A program made the translations under genes and the position numbers. The notes below the pieces were generated by a model that saw only the letters and a list, made by a program, of their open reading frames with translations, did not search any database and was not told the DNA's origin. Of a stretch of 64,000 bases of DNA, positions 1 through 10,839 are shown in pieces. This stretch comes from Terriglobia bacterium (lineage in GTDB: Bacteria > Acidobacteriota > Terriglobia > Acidiferrales > UBA7541). Within the stretch, counting starts at the first letter, position 1. Every line of letters starts with the position of its first letter. The stretch spans positions 3,488,001 through 3,552,000 of the forward strand of contig OY968796.1 in NCBI GenBank assembly GCA_963695545.1, given 5' to 3'.

Positions 1-267
1 CACCCTATCGCCGAGGCGGCGGCCCAGGAACCATCCTAGATAAATCGCCGCAAGTATCTGCACAGGAAAATACGGCCTGTACTCGAATACCCGATACCAA
101 ACCCCTGCGGGATACCGCGAAGGTATAGCGCGTAGAATCGGCGACAAGAAAGCGGCGCCTAATTGCACAAGGAGGAGGACTCCTGCGGTACTGATGATCT
201 GATGCATGAGAAAAACCAACAGCGTTCTCAGCCTGGAAGTAGCGTCGCTTGCACTGTGGTCCTTCAC
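1..267 (-). CDS. Hypothetical membrane protein, runs off the window's left edge (not in the supplied ORF track)
   Basis: Manual translation from GTG at 267: MKDHSASDATSRLRTLLVFLMHQIISTAGVLLLVQLGAAFLSPILR...PYFPVQILAAIYLGWFLGRRLGDRV; open to position 1; hydrophobic segments. Confidence 0.6.
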   Translation of the reverse strand, partial: MKDHSASDATSRLRTLLVFLMHQIISTAGVLLLVQLGAAFLSPILRAIPSRYPAGVWYRVFEYRPYFPVQILAAIYLGWFLGRRLGDRV

Positions 268-489
268 GAGAAACCGACTTCCGTCTGGTGCCCCGCTTCG
301 TGACTCTTGAACCGCGTAAGTGTGCGGGAGCCCCAGATTGATTTCGAGCGTTCGTTAACCCGCCGCCACTTCGCCAGCGCACCCAAAGAGCGCCGAGATG
401 TTGGCCTACAGTTCTTGGGCGCGTCAAGAAATGATAAGTCGGATTACCGGACAAGTGAGCCGAAGCGATCGCACACGATCACGTCGCCC

Positions 490-518
490 TTGACCGCACA
501 GGACAGTTCTGCTATACT
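490..518 (+). promoter_or_regulatory. Sigma70-type promoter
   Basis: TTGACC-N17-TATACT with extended TG. Confidence 0.6.
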
Positions 519-640
519 CCTCCGTGTTCCCGCAAATCAATTCGAATTCTTCCGCACCACACCCTGCTGTGCTTCCGGACTTTATCGTGCCCCGATTTTT
601 CCGCCATAATATGCGCGCTTGTTTGCATCAAAGTGCCCGT

Positions 641-789
641 GCAACCCGTTTATTCTCAAACAATTACAAAAGAGTGCGCAACTCATTCATTCAAGACGCT
701 TTTAACTCCCCGTCTTTTCACACTCATCCGCACTCTTCTCCTGGAAGTCCATATTTATGAGCAACTTAACAAAAACATACCGGGGGTGT
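641..789. repeat. Dispersed non-coding element, copy 1 (copy 2 at about 50025-50183)
   Basis: Shared blocks CAAAAGAGTGCGCA, CGCACTCTT, GGAAGTCC and AAAACATACC(C)GGGGG(G)TGT in the same order with similar spacing. Confidence 0.7.
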
Positions 790-927
790 ATAGGCAATAC
801 CGCGTCGTCATAACGTCTAGTTATGCTTGCCGGAAGAAATATAAATTGGACTTAGTCCTTCGCGAGGCTCAAAATACGCATCTCGGGCGGCTAAAGACCC
901 CCCGACGCGCACAAGACGACCAATCAC

Positions 928-2352
<1,425 letters not shown>

Positions 2353-2355
<3 letters not shown>

Positions 2356-2387
2356 TTTTGATTTTGGTTTTGATTTTAATTTTGATT
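2353..2387. repeat. Hexamer tandem repeat (TGATTT)x~6, degenerate
   Basis: TGATTT TGATTT TGGTTT TGATTT TAATTT TGATT. Confidence 0.8.
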
Positions 2388-2396
2388 CGGAATTAT

Positions 2397-2419
2397 GTAG
2401 CGGAGGCCTTCAGGCCTCC
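2397..2419 (+). repeat. REP-like palindrome
   Basis: GTAG followed by C and hairpin GGAGGCCT-TC-AGGCCTCC, between leuC and leuD. Confidence 0.55.
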
Positions 2420-2455
2420 AGCCTTTCGCTGCTGGAATGAATTGGTGGGGTGAAC

Positions 2456-3103
2456 ATGCACGCATTTACAAAACACACCGGCATCGTGATGCCCATGGAT
2501 CGCGTCAACGTTGACACCGATCAAATCACTCCCAAACAATTCATCAAATGGATCACGCGCGAAGGCTACGGCCGCGTGCTGTTCTACGACTGGCGCTATC
2601 TTCCCGGCGAAAAACCAAATCCCGATTTCGTCCTGAATTTCCCGCGCTACAAAGGCGCATCCGTAATGCTCGCGCGCGCCAATTTCGGCTGCGGCTCGAG
2701 CCGCGAACATGCCCCCTGGTCCCTCGCCGATTATGGTTTCCGCGCCATCATCGCCCCCAGCTACGCCGACATTTTCTATAACAATTGCTTCCAGAACGGC
2801 ATCCTCCCCGTAATTCTCCCCGATGCGCAAGTGGACGAACTATTCCGCAAAACCGAATCCACTCCCGGCTACCAACTCACCGTCGATCTCCCCGAGCAAA
2901 CCGTGTCCGACGCAACCGGCATTCGTTTCCCGTTCGAGGTCAACGCCTTCCGCAAACATTCCTTACTCGAAGGCCTGGATGAAATCGGCCTGACCCTAAA
3001 ACACGTCGACGCCATCTCCGCCTTCGAGAATTCGCACCACCCCAGCGCCGCCCAACAATCCGGCTCGGTCGATTTCAAGGATTTCGTCCACTCAAAGAAT
3101 TGA
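2456..3103 (+). CDS. leuD: 3-isopropylmalate dehydratase small subunit
   Basis: [20 protein letters not shown] and ADIFYNNC motifs; follows leuC; alternative GTG start at 2450. Confidence 0.97.
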   Translation: MHAFTKHTGIVMPMDRVNVDTDQITPKQFIKWITREGYGRVLFYDWRYLPGEKPNPDFVLNFPRYKGASVMLARANFGCGSSREHAPWSLADYGFRAIIAPSYADIFYNNCFQNGILPVILPDAQVDELFRKTESTPGYQLTVDLPEQTVSDATGIRFPFEVNAFRKHSLLEGLDEIGLTLKHVDAISAFENSHHPSAAQQSGSVDFKDFVHSKN

Positions 3104-3187
3104 AAGAAGACTCGTTAGAAGAATTGATGAAAGAAGTGAGATGCGATCTTTTGCCGCTGCCGCCGCCTTTCGCTCTTCGCTCGCGTG

Positions 3188-4120
3188 CTACGCAGGTGGA
3201 CCGCCCAACGGCTCCGCCGATTCCATCGCCGAGCTTGCCGGCGGCGCGCCGGAGGCTTTGATTTCCGCCAACAAAATCCCCGCGAGAATCAGCGCCGCGC
3301 CAGTAAGCGCGCGCCCACCCAGTCGTTCGCCCTGGAAAATCCGCGAGGTCACCGCCGTCACCACTGGCTCGAGCGCGAATATCAGTGCCGCGTGCGTCGC
3401 GGTGGTGAATTGCTGCGCCCAGAACTGCACTGAAAATGCGATCGCGGTCGTGAACACCGCCGTGATCGAGACTCCCAATTCAAACGCCAGACTCCAATGC
3501 AAACGCGCGGGCTGCAACCCGCTCGCGGAAACAATCGGCAGCGCGCACAGCGAGCACGCCGCCACGGTCGCGATTTGCAAACACGCAATCGCTCCGCCTT
3601 TGTGCCGCGCACCGTACAGACTCGCGAATATAATTTGCAGCGCGAATCCCACCGCCCCGATCAAAACCAGAAAATCCCCGAGCACCAGCGTTTGCCTCGC
3701 GCCGCCCGGCACCGTCAGCAAATACAATCCCGCAAATGCCGCGGCCACGCCGGCCCAGACCGCCGCGCCGACGCGCCGCCCCCAGAAAATCATCAGCAGG
3801 ATCGGCACCATGGCCACGCTCGAGCCGGTGATGAACGCGCACTTCGACGGTGTGGTCGTCACCAACCCCCACGTTTGGAAGACGTATCCGCTGAAGAGCG
3901 ATACGCCGATGATCAGCCCGTCGCGCAATTCTCTGCGATCGACCTTGCCGAGCGCGCGCCAGAAAAGCGGAATCATCACCAGCGCGCCCAGCGTGAAGCG
4001 CACCGCCATGAATACAAAAACGGACGAATCCGTGAGCGCGTTCTTCACGATGATGAACGTAGCGCCCCACATGATCGAGCAAACCACCAGCGAAAGATCG
4101 GCTTGTACGCGGCGATTCAT
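3188..4120 (-). CDS. DMT/EamA family transporter
   Basis: WGATF start motif, about 10 hydrophobic helices, two-repeat layout, LIFALEPV. Confidence 0.9.
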   Translation of the reverse strand: MNRRVQADLSLVVCSIMWGATFIIVKNALTDSSVFVFMAVRFTLGALVMIPLFWRALGKVDRRELRDGLIIGVSLFSGYVFQTWGLVTTTPSKCAFITGSSVAMVPILLMIFWGRRVGAAVWAGVAAAFAGLYLLTVPGGARQTLVLGDFLVLIGAVGFALQIIFASLYGARHKGGAIACLQIATVAACSLCALPIVSASGLQPARLHWSLAFELGVSITAVFTTAIAFSVQFWAQQFTTATHAALIFALEPVVTAVTSRIFQGERLGGRALTGAALILAGILLAEIKASGAPPASSAMESAEPLGGPPA

Positions 4121-4180
4121 CGGCGTTGTTTCAGTCGGAAGATTCTAGCGTAGGAAGGAAGAATCAATAAGCGCGGGGCG

Positions 4181-5473
4181 TCAGGGAGCAAGCCCCGCCG
4201 CGCCAACGATCGTGAGCAGCACGCGCTGCAATCCCATCACGCGCCCCGTCGGATCGTACCATTCTTCCGTCGTGTGCGCCCCGCCGGCGGTTCCGCCGCA
4301 GCCGATGGAAATCGCCGGAATGCCGAGCGAAAGAGGAATGTTGGCGTCGGTGGAAACGCGCTCGTGACGCGATTGATTACCGAGCGCGCGATCCGCATCG
4401 TCAAGCGCGGCGAGCAGCGGCGAATTGTCAGGCAATTCCCCGCCCGGCCGCGAGCCGACCAAATTGACTTCGACGTTGAGCGGAGTCGAAGCCATACCGC
4501 GCGCACGCGCCGCGGCCATTTCGTCGGCCACTGCCGCTTGCACGTCGGCGCGCAGCTCGCGCTCAAGACGCGCAAGCTCGGTGTCGGATTCCGAACGCAG
4601 ATCCACGCTCATCGAAGCGCGCTCGGGAATCGCGTTCACCGAAGTGCCGCCTTCGATGCGCCCGACGTTGAATGTCGTGCGCGGATCCGTAGGAACTTGT
4701 GTGTCGGCGAGCTTTGTGATCGCGCGGCCGAGCGCGTGAATCGGATTGGGCACGCCGAAGTCGGACCAACTGTGCCCGCCGGGACCGGTGACGATCACGT
4801 CGAAGCGTCGCGATGGCAGCGCGGCGGTCGCGACGTAATCCGTCGCCGCGCCATCGAGCGCGATCACGGCGCGCAAACGGCTGCGATATTCATCCACGAG
4901 CGCGCGCACGCCGCGAAGATTTCCTTCGCCCTCTTCGCCGACGTCAGCCACAAGAAGAATCGTCGCGCGCGTCTCAACCTTCGCGTCGCGCAGCGCGCGC
5001 GCCACGGCCACAATCGTTGCGAGCCCCGTGCCGTTGTCGGAAATTCCGGGCGCCAGAAGGCGCGTGCCTTCATGCCGCACCGTGACATTCGTACCCGCGG
5101 GGAAAACCGTATCGAGATGCGCCGTCACCAGCACGATGCCCGCGTCGTCGCTCCTCGCTGCGCCGGGCGCGGCCGACGCGCCCGGACGTTCGCCGATGAC
5201 GTTGCCGACCGAATCCATGTGCACGTCAAGCCCCGCCGCGGAGAGAAGTTGTTTCAGATACGCGGCGCGTGTGCCTTCTCCGAACGGCGGAGCGGGAACT
5301 TCCGTGATGCGCACCTGCTCGTCGGTCGTTTCGTTCGCCGATTGCGCGAGCAATTCCATCGCGCGGGCCACGCGCGGATCGGTAGCGACGCCGCTCGCCT
5401 GTGGGCCGCCGGATTGGCGTGCGAGCGACGCGCGGGCAGACGAAGTGCGCGACGATGTCGAAACGAATGCCAC
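4181..5473 (-). CDS. M20/M25/M40 family metallopeptidase
   Basis: AHLDTVF, GISDN, GEEG, GGHSW, GGTSVNAIP, STDAN and AHTTEEW motifs. Confidence 0.9.
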   Translation of the reverse strand: MAFVSTSSRTSSARASLARQSGGPQASGVATDPRVARAMELLAQSANETTDEQVRITEVPAPPFGEGTRAAYLKQLLSAAGLDVHMDSVGNVIGERPGASAAPGAARSDDAGIVLVTAHLDTVFPAGTNVTVRHEGTRLLAPGISDNGTGLATIVAVARALRDAKVETRATILLVADVGEEGEGNLRGVRALVDEYRSRLRAVIALDGAATDYVATAALPSRRFDVIVTGPGGHSWSDFGVPNPIHALGRAITKLADTQVPTDPRTTFNVGRIEGGTSVNAIPERASMSVDLRSESDTELARLERELRADVQAAVADEMAAARARGMASTPLNVEVNLVGSRPGGELPDNSPLLAALDDADRALGNQSRHERVSTDANIPLSLGIPAISIGCGGTAGGAHTTEEWYDPTGRVMGLQRVLLTIVGAAGLAP

Positions 5474-5706
5474 GACGATAAGAATACAGCAAAACAGTTG
5501 CAGAACCCTGCGCGGAATTGGAAAAAGCGCCCGGTCCGTGTGCCACGAGCGATCTTCGCGGGGCGCGCGAGCGTCGCGGGCACCACGATCGACTTGAAGG
5601 AGACGCCTGGGCGGAAGCTTCTGTTTCGTAAATTTGCTCCTTGGAGAAACTGCGGAGCGCTGGGATTCCGCTCGGCTGAGAATTCGCTAGCAGCTCTGGC
5701 AGCTCG

Positions 5707-6006
5707 CTAGTAATTCAGTGTGTAGCTGTTGGGCATTTGCTGCGGATCGGGCCGGTAGAGCGTTTGGCAAAACTCGCAGCGGTAAATTTCGGCGCCAGGT
5801 CCCACAAGCGCTTCGATTTCTTTCGGATAATCGTACCAACGCTTGAGGTGGCCGGCGCAGAGTTTGCCCTTTTCGTTTTTCTCGTCGCAGGAGCGCTGTT
5901 TGTGTTTTCGGACTTTGATCTTGATTTTTTCTTCAGCCGCGGCCGGCGCTTCGGTGGAAGCGGCTGCGGCGGCAGCGGGGGGTGCGGCGGCGGGCGTATC
6001 AGCCAT
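5707..6006 (-). CDS. Small hypothetical protein, possible Zn-binding
   Basis: GAGGAG RBS; Ala-rich N-terminus, then C-x9-C-x-G-H and CxxC (CEFC). Confidence 0.75.
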   Translation of the reverse strand: MADTPAAAPPAAAAAASTEAPAAAEEKIKIKVRKHKQRSCDEKNEKGKLCAGHLKRWYDYPKEIEALVGPGAEIYRCEFCQTLYRPDPQQMPNSYTLNY

Positions 6007-6155
6007 GCGTTCGATCTCTCCTCGAGAATCCGCGTCCACTCAGCGGCGCGCCAGCGACGCAATCGCGCGCAAAGACATTCTATCGCGAACTTGGTTATCG
6101 GCAAGCACGACTGCCACGTCGGGCGGGAGGGCGAGGACGGAGGCGCGCGACAGTC

Positions 6156-6211
6156 CCCCTTGCACTTCGATGGGGAAGGCTGTATGGTGATACCCATCGA
6201 AGTGTAAGGGG
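6156..6211. promoter_or_regulatory. 19-bp inverted repeat enclosing a sigma70-like promoter
   Basis: CCCCTTGCACTTCGATGGG-N18-CCCATCGAAGTGTAAGGGG (18/19 match); TTGCAC-N17-TATGGT on the + strand. Confidence 0.6.
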
Positions 6212-6295
6212 AGAGCGTTGACAGTTGACCTGGCGACGAAATTCCACGCGATTCTGCGGGCGATTGAAGTTCGCTCGCAGCGTGGCGGCGATGCG

Positions 6296-7153
6296 TCAAG
6301 CGGCGGGCTCGAGCGGCTCGGCGGGACCGATCGAAGCAGCGGCGTCTGGATATTCGACCGACACCAGGAAGAGGCCTTGCGGAGGAAGCGTTGGGCCGGA
6401 GCGCGAGCGATCGCGCAGCGCGAAAAGTTCGATGACATCGGCGGGAGACAATCGGCCGCGGCCCACGTCTATCAAAGTGCCCGACAATTTGCGAACCATG
6501 TAACGAAGAAACGAACGGCCGCGCACCACGTAGACCCATTCATCCGGTCCGGGGCGCGTGATTCCGAGGGTCGCGAAGGCCGCACTCGGCAAATTCGGGT
6601 CGTCGCCGCGCAGAACTTCGGAGCGAAAGATAACGCGCTCGACGGTGCGATCGCGATCGTCTTCTTCCGAACCGGTGGACGCAGCGAAGGAAGTGAAATC
6701 GTGCGCGCCCTCAAAAAGCTGTGCGGCTTCGCTCATGGCGTCGAAATCGAGCGGGAACGGATCGTGCAGTACATAACGCCAGAGGAACGGCGGCAGAACA
6801 CGGCCGCGATACACGCGGTAGCAATATGTTTTCGCAAGCGCCTGCCAACGCGCGTGAAAATCCGGCGCCGCGCTTTCGGCGGCAACAACTCGAATTTCGC
6901 GAGGGAGAAGCGCGTTGAGCGCGCGCTGAAATTCTTCGGGCGCGAGCGAGGATTGAGCTCTGAAATGCGCGACCTGTCCCAGTGCGTGCACGCCAGCGTC
7001 GGTGCGACCGGCGGCATGCACGGTCACATGCTCTTGCGTGATCCGACCCACGACGTCGCTGAGCGCGGACTGGATCGTGGATTGGCCGGGCTGCGTTTGC
7101 CAGCCGTGGAAATCGGTGCCGTCGTAGGCCAGCGTGAGCTTGATATTCTGCAT
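6296..7153 (-). CDS. truA: tRNA pseudouridine(38-40) synthase
   Basis: YDGTDFHGWQ, AGRTDAGVHA, HDFTSF and FLRYMVR motifs. Confidence 0.96.
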   Translation of the reverse strand: MQNIKLTLAYDGTDFHGWQTQPGQSTIQSALSDVVGRITQEHVTVHAAGRTDAGVHALGQVAHFRAQSSLAPEEFQRALNALLPREIRVVAAESAAPDFHARWQALAKTYCYRVYRGRVLPPFLWRYVLHDPFPLDFDAMSEAAQLFEGAHDFTSFAASTGSEEDDRDRTVERVIFRSEVLRGDDPNLPSAAFATLGITRPGPDEWVYVVRGRSFLRYMVRKLSGTLIDVGRGRLSPADVIELFALRDRSRSGPTLPPQGLFLVSVEYPDAAASIGPAEPLEPAA

Positions 7154-7217
7154 GTGGCGAAATTATCACACGGCGAGGCGCGCGGAAGATGATGACCCAA
7201 ACCGCGGCTTCCCGACG

Positions 7218-7835
7218 CTAGGGCGCGCTGCGCTGGTGCCGGCTGCCGGGGCGCACGGGCACGCCGCCGGCAAGGCACAAGGGGCACTCTTCGGCGGGGA
7301 AACTATCGATATGCAGATCGAGCAACGCGCGCGCGGGAACCGGAAATTCGATTTCACCGGCGCTGCGGTCAATCAACGCGCCGACCGCGACGACGCGTCC
7401 GCCGGCTTCTTCGATGACGTGGATGGTCTCGAGCGTCGATCCGCCGGTGGTCCACACGTCTTCGACCACGGCAACGCGCTCGCCCGACGCTACGCTGAAT
7501 CCGCGGCGAAGCGTGAGAATTCCAGCGGAATCGCGCTCCGCGAAAATGGCGCGCACGGTTCGATCTCCGGCGGAGGCGGGCAATCCCCGCGCGACTTCTT
7601 GCCCCACAACGATTCCGCCGATGGCCGGAGAGGCGACACATTCGACGCCCAGCCCGTCTAAGCGGGAGGCCAGCTCGCGCCCCAATCGCTCGGCGAGCGC
7701 CGGGTGCTGAAGCACAAGCGCGCATTGGACGTAGGTGCCGCTATGCAGACCGGAGGACAACACAAAATGGCCCTGGCGGATCGCGCCGACCGACTCGAAC
7801 ACGCTGGAGATTTCAGCCGATGACATCGTTGCCAT
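7218..7835 (-). CDS. pyrE: Orotate phosphoribosyltransferase
   Basis: GHFVLSSGLHS and PRPP-binding VVEDVWTTGGS; start trimmed from the long ORF to MATMSS. Confidence 0.93.
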   Translation of the reverse strand: MATMSSAEISSVFESVGAIRQGHFVLSSGLHSGTYVQCALVLQHPALAERLGRELASRLDGLGVECVASPAIGGIVVGQEVARGLPASAGDRTVRAIFAERDSAGILTLRRGFSVASGERVAVVEDVWTTGGSTLETIHVIEEAGGRVVAVGALIDRSAGEIEFPVPARALLDLHIDSFPAEECPLCLAGGVPVRPGSRHQRSAP

Positions 7836-8261
7836 AATCGCTCGAGTTCGGCGGGCTCTGTCCAATGCATAGAGTCCGCGTCCGGGGCATTCCTTAGGGC
7901 CCGCGCGGGCTATTCGGCACACGCGAGGCACGGCGTAGCCTAAAGGCCGGCGTCGCCGGTTGTCAAGAATGCGCAGGTGTCCTCGACATTGCAAGGCGGG
8001 CGCGGTTAGACTCGTTGGCCAAACATTACTCTTGTTCCGGTTGGCTCCAAGCAGGGCGCGCGTTGGGGTGGACGGGGGTCGAGCGCGCCGAAATCTGCAG
8101 AAAAGTGAAACAAAATCGCACTTCGAGCGTTGTAAGAGAATGGTGCGCTTGTACTTCCGCTGCGACAGTTTCAAATTCTGGCGGGGTCGAATCGATTGCG
8201 GGTTCTGAGTACGGCCGCCATCGATAGGTCTCGAAATCGTCTGAGTGAGAGGTAACGACCA

Positions 8262-10499
8262 ATGAATCCAAGGTATCTTCGCACGGCTTTGACGCTGGCA
8301 TTGATGGCGGCGACGGCGATTGCGCCAGTGGCTCCCGCCTTCGGCCAAACGCAGGATACCTCTGCCCCGGCGGCGACGCCGGCGCCCTCGGCGCCTCCTC
8401 CTCAAGTGCAAGCGCCGGGCCAGGCTCCCGCGCCGTCGACACCCGGCGCGCCTGTGGCGGCGCCTCCAGCGGCGCCCGAGCCGACGCAACCTCCGGCGCC
8501 GATTCCCGACCGGACGTATCTCGAAGCACGTCCCGATTTCACGCACGGCCGCAGCGCATTCCCCGATCTTTTTGGCCCGTACATGCCGCGGCAGGTGGAC
8601 GAACCGAAGCTGACCAATTCGCAGCAACTGGTGCAGATGATACAGGACGGAAAGATCGAGTTGAGCTTGCAAGACTGCATCGCGCTGGCGCTCGAAAATA
8701 ATTTGGACATCGCGATCCAGCGTTACAATCCGTGGATCGCGGAAACTCAAGTGCTGGCGGCCAAGGGCGGACGGACATTTGCGATGGGCGATCTTCCTTC
8801 GCCACTGTTCGATCCAATTGTCACAGCCAATACATCAATCAGCGATCAAAACACACCGGTAACGAATCCGTTCCTCACCGGCGCGGGGCTTGGGTTGAGC
8901 TCATTCTCGACCCATCAGACCAACAGCAGCTTCGAGTATCAGCAGGGTTTTGCCACCGGAACGTCGATCACCGCGGAGATTTCCGCGCAACGCGAATCGA
9001 CCACTTTGACCGCGAACTCGTTCAATCCTTACGTGTATTCCTCGGTGGAATTTTCCTTCACGCAACAATTGCTGAATGGATTCGGCATCGGGGTCAACAA
9101 GCGCAGCATCCGCGTGGAGAAAATTCAAAAGCAAATTTCCGATTCGGCGTTCGAGCAGCAGGTGATCACGTCGGTCACGGCCGTGGAAAACGCGTACTGG
9201 GAGCTGGTGTACGCGCGCGACAGCATCAAGGTCGGCCAGGAATCGCTGACGCTGGCGCAACAACTCTACGACGACACCAAGAAGGAAGTTGATATCGGCA
9301 CGGAGGCACAGCTCGACCTGGTGCAGGCCGAAGCCCAGGTGGCCCAGGCGCAGCAGACGCTGATCAACGACCAGACCACCCAGTTGCAGAATCAGACGCT
9401 GTTGCTGAATCTGATCGTCAAGGACATGACCGATCCGGCGCTGATGAACGTGGAAATCGTGCCAACGGACGCCTTGCAGACTTCAACCGATCAGGCCAAT
9501 CCGGATCTGGCGGAATCGCTGAAGGAGGCGCTGGCGAACCGCCCCGACGTGCAACAGGCCAATCTTGCTATCAAGGATGCCGGCGTCAATATTCAAGCCA
9601 CGCACAACGCGCTTTTGCCCTCGCTCGCGGTGACCGGCACGTACTACGGCTTGGGCCTTGCCGGCAACTCGACAACATCAACGAGCACGCCGACCGAGCT
9701 GGGCCCCGACCTGGAAGTGCCGGTGCTCGATTCGGACGGCAACCCCGTGCTGAACCCGACGACCGGATTGCCGGTTTACGTTTCAGAAGTGACCGCGACC
9801 AGCACCACGACCTCGAGCGCGACGGGCGGACTTCCGAATGCATTGAGCGAATCGTTCCACAACCGATTCCCCAACTACAGCATTGGGATCTCGCTCTCGC
9901 TGCCGATACGCAATCGCCAAGCCCAAGCCGATTCTGCGGACGCACAATTGATCGAACGCCAGGACGAAGCGCGGCTCCGGCAGACCGAGAACAACGTACT
10001 GGTGGCGGTGCGCAACGCGCTCATCGCGCTGGTGCAGGACAAGGCCGCAGTGAACGCGGCGACCAAGACACGTATCCTGCAGCAAGAGACGCTTGACGCC
10101 GAGGAGAAGAAGCTGAAGTTGGGCGCGTCGACGATCTTCAACGTGGTGACCGACCAGAACACGTTGGCCAGCGCGGCGAGCGCGGAAGTTCGCGCGTTGG
10201 CCAATCTGGCTGAGGCGCAAATTAATTTTGATAGCGCGATGGCGCGGACACTCGAGGCGAATCACATCACGATTGCCGACGCAACGACGGGCGTGGTGCC
10301 GCGGGACACGATGATTCCGGGGACCACGGCTTCCGGAGCGCTCGCAGGAGATTCGGCGACGGCGCAGAACTCGAATGCAGACGAGGGGGCCGCAAGCGCG
10401 CCGTCGGAGCACGCGACGCCAGCAATGACCGAAGACGCGGCGGGAACATCGGGGAACGCGGCGGGCGACGAACGAGATCAAACTAGCCGGGGCAATTGA
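8262..10499 (+). CDS. TolC-family outer membrane efflux protein
   Basis: Signal peptide; LSLQDCIALALENNLDI, VENAYWELV and ALANRPDV; two OEP-like helical repeats. Confidence 0.88.
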   Translation: MNPRYLRTALTLALMAATAIAPVAPAFGQTQDTSAPAATPAPSAPPPQVQAPGQAPAPSTPGAPVAAPPAAPEPTQPPAPIPDRTYLEARPDFTHGRSAFPDLFGPYMPRQVDEPKLTNSQQLVQMIQDGKIELSLQDCIALALENNLDIAIQRYNPWIAETQVLAAKGGRTFAMGDLPSPLFDPIVTANTSISDQNTPVTNPFLTGAGLGLSSFSTHQTNSSFEYQQGFATGTSITAEISAQRESTTLTANSFNPYVYSSVEFSFTQQLLNGFGIGVNKRSIRVEKIQKQISDSAFEQQVITSVTAVENAYWELVYARDSIKVGQESLTLAQQLYDDTKKEVDIGTEAQLDLVQAEAQVAQAQQTLINDQTTQLQNQTLLLNLIVKDMTDPALMNVEIVPTDALQTSTDQANPDLAESLKEALANRPDVQQANLAIKDAGVNIQATHNALLPSLAVTGTYYGLGLAGNSTTSTSTPTELGPDLEVPVLDSDGNPVLNPTTGLPVYVSEVTATSTTTSSATGGLPNALSESFHNRFPNYSIGISLSLPIRNRQAQADSADAQLIERQDEARLRQTENNVLVAVRNALIALVQDKAAVNAATKTRILQQETLDAEEKKLKLGASTIFNVVTDQNTLASAASAEVRALANLAEAQINFDSAMARTLEANHITIADATTGVVPRDTMIPGTTASGALAGDSATAQNSNADEGAASAPSEHATPAMTEDAAGTSGNAAGDERDQTSRGN

Positions 10500-10502
10500 A
10501 CT

Positions 10503-10554
10503 CGTCGTGCCTCTCGAAAGATTGTGTCGCCCCTACGGGGCTGGCGGCACGACG
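10503..10554. terminator. Hairpin after the TolC gene (terminator or REP-like)
   Basis: CGTCGTGCC...GGCACGACG enclosing GCCCC-TAC-GGGGC; no poly-T tail. Confidence 0.35.
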
Positions 10555-10839
10555 CGCCAAACTCTGCGCGGAGTTGCGAAAAAGCCGCGGGATCTGAGGA
10601 ATAATCAGGAGTCGACGCGACGATGCGACCGAAGCTAGCTGACCCGATTCGTTTCCTTAGCGATAAGTCCAGCGGAAGATACGCAACTGCGGCTGTAAAA
10701 GTTATCCCACAATTACGGAGCTGCCTGCTGGATTCTTGACGCGCGCGAGCGCTCCGGATTGTGCGATACTCCCGCTGCTCCCGGGCGTTCGGCCGCAATC
10801 GTCGCCGCCAACTTTTTGGGAATCGGACCTCGTAGTCGT

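Noticed and set aside
4274..5710. Long antisense or alternate-frame ORFs (also 54024-55337, 60946-62022, 38776-40026, 633-1319, 33777-34760)
   Set aside because: They overlap well-supported genes, are mostly Arg-rich and lack motifs; typical shadow ORFs of high-GC DNA
7836..8750. 305-aa N-terminal extension of PyrE in the ORF track
   Set aside because: Overlaps the TolC gene on the opposite strand; PyrE similarity starts at MATMSS
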